Shown piece by piece: positions 29,927 through 39,610 of a DNA stretch of 64,000 bases; the first letter of the stretch is position 1, and each line of letters opens with the position of its first letter. Below the pieces are notes generated by a model. That model was given only the letters and a program-made list of their open reading frames with translations, was not told where the DNA came from and made no database searches. The position numbers were made by a program, and so were the translations under genes. Source of the stretch: Bacteroidetes bacterium OLB10 (lineage in GTDB: Bacteria; Bacteroidota; Bacteroidia; AKYH767-A; OLB10); the NCBI GenBank assembly GCA_001567275.1, contig LNBX01000040.1, forward strand, positions 7,169-71,168, in the 5' to 3' direction.

Positions 29927-30877
29927 TTAGAAAGATTGGCGGTGGCGGGCAAAAACACCAAGAGGTAATTTTTGTTGCGTTTTGCTTTGCAGATAAATTT
30001 CTCCTGTTTCGCGTTCAATGGATTTATCAAAATACTGATCCATTAAATTATCCAAAATCAGTGATGAAAACCCAAGAGAATAAGTATTAAGTACCAGAAA
30101 ATGTTTTTTGTCGAGCAGTTGCGAAACCAATTTCAACATTTCATTTATCTCATCTTCCAGTTTCCAGTTTTCGCCATTGGGACCATGTCCGTAAGCAGGC
30201 GGGTCAAGTATGATACCGTGATATTTTTTTCCACGTTTTACTTCGCGTTTCACAAATGTCATAGCATCTTCAACAAGCCATCTCACATGGTCAAGTCCGC
30301 TGAGGGTCATGTTTTCTTTTGCCCAGGTTACCACTTGTTTTATCGAGTCGAGGTGAATCACATCGGCACCTGCAGCTTTTGCAGCCAGTGTTGCAGCACC
30401 GGTGTAGGCAAACAGATTCAATACCCGTGGCTGATCAATTTTTAAATCAAGTGCCGAACGGTAAATGTAATTCCAGTTGACTGCCTGCTCCGGAAAAACA
30501 CCTACATGTTTGAACGATGTGAGTGCGAGGCGTAAAACAATTTCATGGTCTTCCGAAAGTTGGTATTTTATTCTCCAGCGGTCAGGCATATCTTTCAGTT
30601 TTTTCCAGCTTCCTGATGAGCTGTTTTTGGGAACAAACTTTACATGTGCCATTCTTTCCCATTCCTGCAAGGTCAGCTTGCGGCTCCATACTGCCTGAGG
30701 TTCAGGCCTAATGGTGAAATAAGTACCGAAACGTTCAAGTTTCTCAAACTGTCCGCTGTCTATCAGCTCATAGTCGTTAAAATGTAATGGCGTAAGCAAA
30801 TGCATGGCGGTAAAAGTACGACCAAATTTTTTCAAAAAAAGGCCCGGGAGCAACCTTTTAATTTCTTTATCGTACAA
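29927..30877 (-). CDS. Class I SAM-dependent RNA methyltransferase (RlmI/RlmK-like)
   Basis: SAM-binding motif LNLFAYTGAATLAAKAAGA. Catalytic …ILDPP…. N-terminal PUA-like region. Confidence 0.6.
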   Translation of the reverse strand: MYDKEIKRLLPGLFLKKFGRTFTAMHLLTPLHFNDYELIDSGQFEKLERFGTYFTIRPEPQAVWSRKLTLQEWERMAHVKFVPKNSSSGSWKKLKDMPDRWRIKYQLSEDHEIVLRLALTSFKHVGVFPEQAVNWNYIYRSALDLKIDQPRVLNLFAYTGAATLAAKAAGADVIHLDSIKQVVTWAKENMTLSGLDHVRWLVEDAMTFVKREVKRGKKYHGIILDPPAYGHGPNGENWKLEDEINEMLKLVSQLLDKKHFLVLNTYSLGFSSLILDNLMDQYFDKSIERETGEIYLQSKTQQKLPLGVFARHRQSF

Positions 30878-30898
30878 CGATGCAAATATTTCATAAAG

Positions 30899-32032
30899 AT
30901 GATAACCAACTCAGTAGAGCAGTCTGTAAGAAAAGATCAGACAGCAGTACGCAAGTCACCTCTGAAAGTATTGTTAGTGGACGATATTCCGGCAAATCTG
31001 TTGACGCTGGAAAGTATTCTTGAAGACGAAAATCGTATTCTCATAAAAGCATTTTCGGGCAATGAAGCGCTGAAGTTGCTTATGGAAGAGCCGATTGATT
31101 TAATCCTTCTCGATATTCAGATGCCGGATATGGATGGTATTGAAGTAGCACAGTTGTTGAGAGCCAATCCCAAGACAAAACATATCCCAATCATTTTTGT
31201 GTCGGCAATAGCTAAAAGTGAGCGTCCGAGTTTTGCAGAGTTCGAAACAGGGTCGTATGATTTTATTCCTAAGCCGCTCGACATTGAAGAAACTCAGAAA
31301 ATGGTATCCATTTTTGAAGCTGGTTGCCGTTATAAAAGTCTGATTAAAGAACAGGAGAGTAAAATAAAAAGACTTACTGAACATTTCGATAAGTTCTTAT
31401 ACATCCTCTCACACGATTTGAATGCTCCGTTGCGTGCAATTGAAAATCTGGTGCAATGGTTAGAAGAAGATTTGAAAAATACTGCTTCAGAAGAAAGTCT
31501 TGAAAACATAAATCTGTTGCGCAACAGAGTGGGCAAAATGAAACTGTTGCTCGAAGGATTACTGAAATTTGCAAGAGCCACAAGTAAAAATTCTCCTGCT
31601 GAAACCGTGAATCTGAAAACACTGGTTGAAGAAGTGTTTAAGAAAGTAAATAATAAAACTGAAGCGGTGATTAATGTTGAAGCCGAAGCAGGAAATATTG
31701 AAACAGATAAGCAGGCACTGTCAACTGTACTCACTGAGTTATTGCAAAATGCATTGCAGCATAATACCAATACCTATCCTGAAATAGCAGTTAAAGTAAC
31801 ACAACATCATGATAAGATTGAGTTCAGCATCAGCGATAACGGTCCGGGCATAAAACCGCAGCAGCAAAAAATGATTTTTGAAGTATTTCAAACCTTGCCG
31901 TCATCTCATTCAGAAGCATCAGCAGGAGTGGGATTAGCTATAGTAAAAAAGCTGGTGGAAGATCGCAACGGCATGGTATGGATTTCGCAGACGCAGAAGC
32001 AAGGTCTCGACATACATTTTACCTGGAAATAA
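30899..32032 (+). CDS. Hybrid response regulator-histidine kinase (REC-HisKA-HATPase_c) with no sensor domain
   Basis: REC: VLLVDDIPANL…DLILLDIQMPDMDG. HisKA: LSHDLNAPLRAI. HATPase: …DNGPGI…GVGLAIVKKLVE. ATG at 30899 chosen. Confidence 0.75.
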   Translation: MITNSVEQSVRKDQTAVRKSPLKVLLVDDIPANLLTLESILEDENRILIKAFSGNEALKLLMEEPIDLILLDIQMPDMDGIEVAQLLRANPKTKHIPIIFVSAIAKSERPSFAEFETGSYDFIPKPLDIEETQKMVSIFEAGCRYKSLIKEQESKIKRLTEHFDKFLYILSHDLNAPLRAIENLVQWLEEDLKNTASEESLENINLLRNRVGKMKLLLEGLLKFARATSKNSPAETVNLKTLVEEVFKKVNNKTEAVINVEAEAGNIETDKQALSTVLTELLQNALQHNTNTYPEIAVKVTQHHDKIEFSISDNGPGIKPQQQKMIFEVFQTLPSSHSEASAGVGLAIVKKLVEDRNGMVWISQTQKQGLDIHFTWK

Positions 32033-32035
32033 ATT

Positions 32036-34420
32036 TCAGAATCCGCCAAGTTTTGTTTTCAGAGTACTGACACCTGTTGTAAATAAAACAAGAGTAGTCG
32101 TACTTATAGGCATCAGAATAGCTGCAAACAGTGGCGACAGTGAGCCGGTAACTGCATAACTTATTCCAACCAGATTATACAACAGTGATATAATAAAACT
32201 GATGATAATAATGGTTACTGCCGATCTTGATAATTTTATCAGCTGTGGAAGTTTACCTATGTGTGATGCATCCATGATGGTGTCACTTGCAGGAGTAAAA
32301 TTATTGGTGTTGTCAGTTATTGAAATTCCGGAAGTTGCTGCAAGTAATGCTCCGGCATCATTCAGCCCGTCACCAATCATCAATACTTTGTGATTCTGCA
32401 GTCGCAGGTTTTCAATACAAGCAAACTTATCTTCAGGTTTTTGGTTGAACCTCATTTCACAATTACCGAAAAAATGTTCCAGATTTTTCTTTTCACTTTC
32501 ATTGTCACCCGTGAGTACAGTTGTTTTAAGTGAAAGTTTTTTTAGCCCCTGTGCAAGTTGCTCCACACCATCCCTGTAGCTGTTGAAGAAAATAAAACGA
32601 CCTTTTGTTTGTTGGTTGATATGAAAATACACACAGGTGCGGTCATCATTTTTATCCTCAACACCGGCAAACAATGCTGTGCCGGCTTTCACATGCACAC
32701 CATTCACGGTAGCTTCAATACCCTGACCTACAACTTCGTTAAAATCGGTGCTCTTATACGAACGTTCTGTTTTTAAATGTCGTGAAAGCAATTTGCTGAG
32801 AGGATGGGATGACTGTCTTGTGAGCGAATAGATAAGTTGTCTGTCATCATCACTCAGTGGGTCACCTTCGTATTCAATTTGTGAAGCATTATTTTTAGTC
32901 AGCGTTCCTGTTTTATCAAACACAACAGTGTCAATGTCGGCAAGTTTTTCAAGAGCTTTATAATTGCGCATATAAATTTTTCTTTTACCCAGCATGCGCA
33001 AAATGTTGCCATAAGTAAATGGTGCCGACAATGCCAATGCACATGGGCATGTAATTACCAGCACTGCAGTAAATGCATTAATAGCTTTTTGTGTATCGGT
33101 ATTCCACCAGTAAGCTCCGGCACCAAAAGCAATCAGCAATACAACTACAATAAACCAGCGACTGATGTTGTTGACTAATTTTTCGAAACGGCTTAACTCA
33201 GGTTTTGATGACGAACGGTTCCACAACTGTGTAAGATGACTTTGCGAAACTTCTTTGGTTACCTGCAGTTCAATCATCCCAGCTGTCTGACGACCTCCTG
33301 CAAAAATATTTTCGCCTGCCTCATGAGTTACAGGAACAGATTCCCCCGTCACAAAATGATAGTCTATGGATGCACGGCCTTTCAGTAACAATGCATCAAC
33401 AGGAATAATTTCGTTGTTGCGGATAAGAATTCTGTCGTTTACTTTAAGGTCGTTCACAGATATTTCTTTTTCCTCACCATTTTTCAGAGTAGTAACTGCA
33501 ATGGGGAAGTAAGATTTATAATCACGGTCAAAAGACATGCTGTCGAAAGTAAAATCCTGAAACCAACGGCCTATCAGCATAAAAAATACCAATCCGCTTC
33601 CGCTGTCGAAATAACCTGCGCCTGTATGGGTAATTATTTCATACGTACTGCGAAGAAAAATAGCAATCAGTCCGATGGCAATAGGAATATCAATAGAAGT
33701 GGTTTTATGACGAAGTGCTTTCCACGACTTGATAAAAAACTCATTGGCACTGTAAAAAAATACCGGTAATGCAAGCAGCAGATTCACATAACTGAAAAAA
33801 TATTGCAATCCGGGGTCTATGTTTTTTCCTGATGAAAAATATTCAGGGAAACTCAACATCATAATATTTCCTGCACAAAATCCTGCTACCCCAATACGAA
33901 CAATACGGCTTCTGTTTGCTTTTTTGGTTTCTTTTTTCTCTATAGAATCAAGACTCAGCAATGGCTCATATCCGGTTTGTGTAAGTTTTTCAGCTATTTC
34001 ACGAAGGGATGTTTTAGTATTGTCAAACACCAGATGCAGTTCTTTTTTCAGAAAATCAATTCGTGAAATAAGTACACCTGAATCAATTTTCTGAAAATGT
34101 TCCAGCAACCAGATGCAACTGCTGCAATGCATGGCCGGAATGTAAAAAGTTACATGTACTTCGTTTTTGTTTTTGAAGGTAATCAGTTTGCGTGCAATCT
34201 CCTCTTCGTCAAGAAAATTAAATCGTTTATTAATTACGCTTGCTTGTTTTGTCCCGGGTGTTTTGTTCAGGTCGTAATAAGTGCAAAGATTATTTTCATT
34301 CAGAATTTCGTAAACCAGTTTACAACCGGTACAGCAAAAATATTTTTCTGCAAGTGCAACAGACGTATCTTCACAGTCGTCACCACAATGATAACATTTT
34401 AATTTATCTGCTATTTGCAT
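32036..34420 (-). CDS. Heavy-metal (Cu) translocating P-type ATPase, CcoI/FixI-like
   Basis: N-terminal Cys-rich domain CYHCGDDC…CCTGC. HMA motif MHCSSC. CPC in TM6. DKTGTLT phosphorylation site. GDGLND. Confidence 0.85.
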   Translation of the reverse strand: MQIADKLKCYHCGDDCEDTSVALAEKYFCCTGCKLVYEILNENNLCTYYDLNKTPGTKQASVINKRFNFLDEEEIARKLITFKNKNEVHVTFYIPAMHCSSCIWLLEHFQKIDSGVLISRIDFLKKELHLVFDNTKTSLREIAEKLTQTGYEPLLSLDSIEKKETKKANRSRIVRIGVAGFCAGNIMMLSFPEYFSSGKNIDPGLQYFFSYVNLLLALPVFFYSANEFFIKSWKALRHKTTSIDIPIAIGLIAIFLRSTYEIITHTGAGYFDSGSGLVFFMLIGRWFQDFTFDSMSFDRDYKSYFPIAVTTLKNGEEKEISVNDLKVNDRILIRNNEIIPVDALLLKGRASIDYHFVTGESVPVTHEAGENIFAGGRQTAGMIELQVTKEVSQSHLTQLWNRSSSKPELSRFEKLVNNISRWFIVVVLLIAFGAGAYWWNTDTQKAINAFTAVLVITCPCALALSAPFTYGNILRMLGKRKIYMRNYKALEKLADIDTVVFDKTGTLTKNNASQIEYEGDPLSDDDRQLIYSLTRQSSHPLSKLLSRHLKTERSYKSTDFNEVVGQGIEATVNGVHVKAGTALFAGVEDKNDDRTCVYFHINQQTKGRFIFFNSYRDGVEQLAQGLKKLSLKTTVLTGDNESEKKNLEHFFGNCEMRFNQKPEDKFACIENLRLQNHKVLMIGDGLNDAGALLAATSGISITDNTNNFTPASDTIMDASHIGKLPQLIKLSRSAVTIIIISFIISLLYNLVGISYAVTGSLSPLFAAILMPISTTTLVLFTTGVSTLKTKLGGF

Positions 34421-34561
34421 AACACAGGAAATCCGGATTTCAGGCAGCAATAGTATTATCTTTTCCGCAACAATTTTTTGAGTAATATTTTTCTGTCGTA
34501 TGACATAGGTCATTTATCTGTTAAGCTAAAAATCTAAGATTTGTCGCCTTCTTTGGATAAA

Positions 34562-35935
34562 ATGTTTTTTCGTCAGATTTATATACCGGGCTTATCGCAG
34601 TTCAGCTACTTTCTGGAGTCAGAAGGTGAAGCTATCGTCATTGATCCCATTCGTGAACCGTATATGTATCTTGATCTGGCAAAAGAGCGTAATGCAAAAA
34701 TAAAGTATGTGTTGGAGACACATATTCACGCTGATTTTGTTTCAGGCCATCAGGAAATTGCAGAACGTTCAGGCGCCACTATTGTTTATGGGCCCAATGC
34801 ACGGACTGCATACCCAATTTATATGGCAAGAAATAATGAAGCAATTGCCTTTGGAAGTTTTTATTTAAAGGTATTGCATACACCCGGACATAGTATTGAA
34901 TCAACCTGTTATGTGCTGTATGATGAAAACCATAAACCTACAGCCATTTTCACAGGCGACACGCTGTTTGCCGGTGATGTAGGTCGTCCTGATTTGATGA
35001 GTGGAAACAAAAGTATTTATGAACTCACACAAATGCTTTTTGATTCATTGGGTATATTAAAATCACTTCCGGACGATTTAGTGGTTTATCCCGGACATGG
35101 AGCAGGCTCTGACTGTGGCAAAAACATCAGCGATGAAAAATTCACAACCATAGGCGAGCAGAAACAAAAAAATTATGCCATGCGGGCAACTGATATTGAC
35201 AGTTTCAGAAAAGCAGTTTCCTCTGATCTGACAATGCCTCCCGAATATTTTTTTAAAAACATGAGCATAAACATAATGGGTTATCGTCCATTGGAAGATG
35301 TGCTGAAAAAAAATATCAATCCGTTAAGCCCTGAAGAATTTAATTCGGAAATAAACAGAGCAATATTATTAGATACACGCGATTCGGAAGATTTTGCCGG
35401 AGCACATATCAGTGGTGCTATCAATATCGGATTAAACGGATTTTTTGCTCCATGGGTAGGAAAACTGATAGATATGGATCATCCTGTAATTGTGGTGGCT
35501 GATGCTGAAATGGATAAAGAGTCTATTACGCGACTGGCACGTATAGGTCTGGAAAATGTAAGAGGTTATCTGGAAGGTGGTATGACTGCATGGATGAATT
35601 CAAACTTCCCGACAGAACAAATTGAAATTATTGATTCCGATAAATTTTTATCTGTTATTTCTGATAATTCGCACATAGTGGTTGACTGCAGAAAGAAAAG
35701 AGAGTTTGTTAAAGTACATCTGAAGAACAATCTAAATATTCCATTGGAAGATTTTCAGAATCGCATAAATGAATTTGACAAGGACAAAAATTATATTCTG
35801 GTATGTAAAACAGGATACCTCAGCATGATTGCTTCTTCAATACTTCGCAAAAACGGAGTTCGTCAGGTTCAGGTACTTAAGGGTGGAATTGAAGGGTTGA
35901 GAAATGTTAAAGATGTATTTACGATGGAAGTCTAA
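34562..35935 (+). CDS. MBL-fold hydrolase fused to two rhodanese domains (persulfide dioxygenase-sulfurtransferase, CstB-like)
   Basis: HxHxDH motif HIHADFVSGH. Two rhodanese modules, the second with active-site CKTG. Confidence 0.65.
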   Translation: MFFRQIYIPGLSQFSYFLESEGEAIVIDPIREPYMYLDLAKERNAKIKYVLETHIHADFVSGHQEIAERSGATIVYGPNARTAYPIYMARNNEAIAFGSFYLKVLHTPGHSIESTCYVLYDENHKPTAIFTGDTLFAGDVGRPDLMSGNKSIYELTQMLFDSLGILKSLPDDLVVYPGHGAGSDCGKNISDEKFTTIGEQKQKNYAMRATDIDSFRKAVSSDLTMPPEYFFKNMSINIMGYRPLEDVLKKNINPLSPEEFNSEINRAILLDTRDSEDFAGAHISGAINIGLNGFFAPWVGKLIDMDHPVIVVADAEMDKESITRLARIGLENVRGYLEGGMTAWMNSNFPTEQIEIIDSDKFLSVISDNSHIVVDCRKKREFVKVHLKNNLNIPLEDFQNRINEFDKDKNYILVCKTGYLSMIASSILRKNGVRQVQVLKGGIEGLRNVKDVFTMEV

Positions 35936-36106
35936 GAAAAAATTAATGGATGATTAATAAATATGAATAAAACAATTACTGATAAATATCCTGTTGCCTG
36001 CTGCGGTAAATCATTTCTGCTCCGAAGTAATGAACCTACTTTTATACCGCAGAAAAAACTTTTTTCATATTTATAAAATGTAATTTGATTTAATGTTAGG
36101 ATGCAA

Positions 36107-36139
36107 GGCCGGTTAGCGAAAGCTGCCGGTTTTGCTTTT
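36107..36139 (+). terminator. Rho-independent terminator (ccggttagc-gaaa-gctgccgg + ttttgctttt)
   Basis: GC stem with GAAA tetraloop followed by a T-rich tract. Seen directly. Confidence 0.5.
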
Positions 36140-36409
36140 AAATAGTTTGGATAGGTGTATCTCCTGCTATAGCTGTCCATAAAATGATAATAATCATACC
36201 TTAAACTAATGCTGTTCATAAATTGGAGCAGCCACTTGTTGTTTTTTTGTATTTCAATTAAAGAGTGAAAATGAAACATCAGTTAACCATTCATCCCGAA
36301 GATAGCATTGAAGTTTTTCAAAAAAAATTCAATCATATATATCCATATCTTAAAGTTGAGTTTTTCAAAAAAGTCGCATCGCAAGGGGCAAGGAAGTCAT
36401 AAGAAAGAT

Positions 36410-36694
36410 ATGTATGCAGGTTCAGATTTATTCAAAGTACTTGCAAAAATGAATGAGAAGAAAACTTTTTTCTGGAATGACGATATGTCTATTGATGCAT
36501 TTGAACAGGGTTTTCGTACAAAGTTCGGACTGAATGTGCAGGTGTTTCGTAAATCAGGCAATGTATGGCTTGTAACTTCTGCTACTGATAACTGGACACT
36601 GATGCAGCAAAACGAAGAAGGCCAAAGCTTAGAAATGCATTTGAAAGCTCAGTCAGAAAACAAAGAAGAATTTGACAGAACCGAACAGGAATAA
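36410..36694 (+). CDS. Hypothetical small protein; possibly the C-terminal part of a frameshifted 36271..36694 gene
   Basis: ORF with ATG at 36410 (95 aa). An upstream ATG ORF at 36271..36402 in another frame ends in an A-rich tract. No recognised domain. Confidence 0.35.
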   Translation: MYAGSDLFKVLAKMNEKKTFFWNDDMSIDAFEQGFRTKFGLNVQVFRKSGNVWLVTSATDNWTLMQQNEEGQSLEMHLKAQSENKEEFDRTEQE

Positions 36695-36732
36695 AAAGTT
36701 TGTAATATGTTTTGCTGTTTACAGTTTGCACA

Positions 36733-37731
36733 TTAACTGTTATACGCCCACTTCAGATAAATACTTCCCCAGGTAAATCCTCCGCCAAAAGCTGAAAGAA
36801 TGAGATTATCTCCTTTGTGAAGTTGTTTTTCCCATTCCCATAAACAAAGTGGAAGTGTTCCATTGGTTGTGTTGCCGTATTTCTGAATGTTCAGCATAAC
36901 TTTTTCCATGCCCACTCCCATACGACTTGCAGTAGCATCAATAATTCGTTTGTTGGCCTGATGAGGTACCAACCATGCGATGTCTTCAGCTTTCAGATGA
37001 TTGCGTTCCATGATTTCAGCACTTACATCAGCCATTCCTTTTACAGCGAATTTAAAAACAGTTTGCCCTTCCTGATAAACAAAATGTTCGCGTGCATCAA
37101 CTGTAGCATGTGTAGGAGGTTTCACACTTCCACCGGCTTTCTGATGCAGGTAATGTCTTCCGTTTCCATCACTTTTCAATATGGAATCATACACACCATA
37201 TCCATCGGTATTGGGTTCGAGTAATACAGCTCCTCCACCATCACCAAAAATAATACAGGTAGCACGGTCGGTGTAATCAATAATAGCCGACATTTTATCG
37301 GCACCTACTACCACCACTTTTTTATACTGACCACTTTCAATAAATTTTGATCCCGTTACCAGTGCAAACAAAAATCCTGAACAGGCAGCACTGAGGTCGT
37401 AGCCAAAAGCATTTTTAGCACCTACTTTATCGCAAATAATATTTGCCGTAGCCGGAAAAACAAGATCGGGAGTTGTGGTAGCGCAAATCAGCAAATCAAT
37501 TTCTTCAGCACTGATTCCTCTTTTTTTAAGAAGACCGTTTACAGATTCAACTCCTATTTTTGAAGTGCCCTCACCGGGTTCTTTCAGAATTCTGCGTTCT
37601 TTTATTCCTGTGCGTGTTTGTATCCATTCATCATTGGTCTCCACCATGGTTTCCAGTTCCCGGTTGGTCAACACATAATCAGGCACCCAGGCATGAACAG
37701 CGGTGATGGCAGCTCTTAGTTTTTCCATCAA
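36733..37731 (-). CDS. fabH: 3-oxoacyl-ACP synthase III
   Basis: Active-site …AACSGF…. C-terminal …[10 protein letters not shown]. 332 aa. Confidence 0.9.
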   Translation of the reverse strand: MMEKLRAAITAVHAWVPDYVLTNRELETMVETNDEWIQTRTGIKERRILKEPGEGTSKIGVESVNGLLKKRGISAEEIDLLICATTTPDLVFPATANIICDKVGAKNAFGYDLSAACSGFLFALVTGSKFIESGQYKKVVVVGADKMSAIIDYTDRATCIIFGDGGGAVLLEPNTDGYGVYDSILKSDGNGRHYLHQKAGGSVKPPTHATVDAREHFVYQEGQTVFKFAVKGMADVSAEIMERNHLKAEDIAWLVPHQANKRIIDATASRMGVGMEKVMLNIQKYGNTTNGTLPLCLWEWEKQLHKGDNLILSAFGGGFTWGSIYLKWAYNS

Positions 37732-37737
37732 AAAAAG

Positions 37738-38703
37738 TTATAATGTTTGATTGACTACATTACTGTGAAAAGCGGTTGCAATTTTTTCTGAAAGGTTGGC
37801 TTCGGTGACACGTTTGGAGAGTAGAATCATGTTTTTTATGGCTTTGGCTTTGGATATTCCATGTGCCATAATCACATTTCCATTTACTCCGAGTACCGGT
37901 GTTCCACCGTAGTTTTCATAATCAAAACGATCAAAGTATTCGTCCTTGATTCCACGTTTTTTAATCAGTGTGTAAAATGATTCGGCTTCTTTCAGCATCA
38001 CATTGCCTGTGAATCCGTCACACACAATTACATCAGCTTTGGCATTAAACAAATCGCGTCCTTCTACATTCCCTGTGAAGTTGATTTCTTTTGTAACTTT
38101 CAGCAACTGATGTGCCTGCTGTGAAAGCATATTTCCTTTCTCTTCCTCTTCGCCAATATTCATCAGCGCAACACGCGGTTTGCTGATTTGATAAACATGC
38201 TCTGCCAACAGCGAACCAAGTATTCCGAATTGCTGAAGCACTTCAGGTTTGCAATCGGCATTGGCGCCTACATCAAGCAGAATACCGTAGGTACCATCTT
38301 CCTTGGGAAGTATGGTAGAAATTGCCGGACGTAAAATTCCACTCACAGGTTTTACACTGAACATGCTTCCTACCAGCATGGCACCTGAATGACCTGCACT
38401 TGCAAAAACGTCAATCTTTTTTTGTTTCAGCAAACCGAAACCAATGGCCATACCCGACTGAGGTTTCTGCGAAAACACCTTGGTGGCAGAGTCGTCCATT
38501 TCTACATTTTCAGAGGCATGTACAATGTCAAATGACGATTCAGCAACACCATTTGCCTGAAGTATTGCTTTTATTTTTTCGCTGTCGCCTATCAACACAA
38601 GTCTGTTGTCGGCAGGCAGTTCTTTGAAAGCTTCTATAGCTCCCAGTGTGGTTTCGAGAGGTGCATAATCACCTCCCATTATATCAACACCTATCCTTAT
38701 CAT
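37738..38703 (-). CDS. plsX: Phosphate acyltransferase PlsX
   Basis: MIRIGVDIMGGDYAP N-terminus. 321 aa. Confidence 0.9.
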   Translation of the reverse strand: MIRIGVDIMGGDYAPLETTLGAIEAFKELPADNRLVLIGDSEKIKAILQANGVAESSFDIVHASENVEMDDSATKVFSQKPQSGMAIGFGLLKQKKIDVFASAGHSGAMLVGSMFSVKPVSGILRPAISTILPKEDGTYGILLDVGANADCKPEVLQQFGILGSLLAEHVYQISKPRVALMNIGEEEEKGNMLSQQAHQLLKVTKEINFTGNVEGRDLFNAKADVIVCDGFTGNVMLKEAESFYTLIKKRGIKDEYFDRFDYENYGGTPVLGVNGNVIMAHGISKAKAIKNMILLSKRVTEANLSEKIATAFHSNVVNQTL

Positions 38704-38718
38704 AAAGGAAATACCGGG

Positions 38719-38904
38719 TTAAACAGCTTTTTCTAAAACAACTTTTCCTTTGTAGTACATTTTGCCATCATGCCAGTATGCACGGTGATATAAATGTGTT
38801 TCACCTGTTGTTGGGCACACTGCTACTGTTGGCGCTTCGGCTTTGTAGTGAGTTCTGCGTTTATCTCTTCTTGATTTCGAATGTTTGTGCTTTGGATTTG
38901 GCAT
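38719..38904 (-). CDS. rpmF: 50S ribosomal protein L32
   Basis: [19 protein letters not shown]…, 61 aa. Confidence 0.9.
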   Translation of the reverse strand: MPNPKHKHSKSRRDKRRTHYKAEAPTVAVCPTTGETHLYHRAYWHDGKMYYKGKVVLEKAV

Positions 38905-38924
38905 AACTTCTTATTATTTATTCG

Positions 38925-39440
38925 TTAATTGTTATTTATTTTTTTCAGTAAATCCCACCGGGGATCGTCTTGTTTCTCATTTTTTACCATATATTTTGCT
39001 ATGGTGCGCAAGGTTTCTTCATTACATCCCATTCCTCCTGATGCATTGTCAGGATGTGTTACTTTTAGCGGGATAGACAATGACACTACATCGTAGAAGT
39101 GCTGTGCCAGATGAATATCATGAGCATTGTCCGCACGAATAATATTATCACCATCCACTTCATTGTCATCACCGGTAGTTTTTACAATAATGGTTTTGCG
39201 CATATCCAGCGGCATTTCAAACTCTTCCAGACAACGGTGACACTCCACATGTACCGTTCCTGAAACCTTGATATCCAACACAACCATTACCGCACTTTTG
39301 GTAACTGTAAGATGAATAAGAACATTTGCTCCCTGAACCAAAGGGTGTTCAAACATGTCGAAAAAATCCTGTTTTAACAGATATTCAAATTCATGTATCC
39401 CGTCTTTTAACCCGGCATAATGCAGGTTATATTTCGACAT
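38925..39440 (-). CDS. yceD: YceD/DUF177 large-subunit rRNA accumulation protein
   Basis: CxRCL motif (…CHRCLEEF…). Conserved position upstream of rpmF-plsX-fabH. ATG at 39440 chosen. Confidence 0.75.
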   Translation of the reverse strand: MSKYNLHYAGLKDGIHEFEYLLKQDFFDMFEHPLVQGANVLIHLTVTKSAVMVVLDIKVSGTVHVECHRCLEEFEMPLDMRKTIIVKTTGDDNEVDGDNIIRADNAHDIHLAQHFYDVVSLSIPLKVTHPDNASGGMGCNEETLRTIAKYMVKNEKQDDPRWDLLKKINNN

Positions 39441-39610
39441 CTTATCCACCTTAATCCTCGTGTTTTGGGAACGAATGGGCAAAAGTAAAAAAAAATGAAA
39501 TAGCAAGGTTTTTTTCTGTGAATTATCGCAAATAGTAGCTGATAATCAGAGCACAACAGCAAAAGCTATCAACAACAGCAAATGTCTTTAAATGTTTCAA
39601 CGCCACTGCA

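Noticed and set aside
35932-36279. 115-aa minus-strand track ORF between the MBL-rhodanese gene and fabH
   Set aside because: It runs antisense across a plus-strand terminator hairpin and the 3' end of the upstream gene. No motifs. It is likely an artefact of the AT-rich intergenic region.
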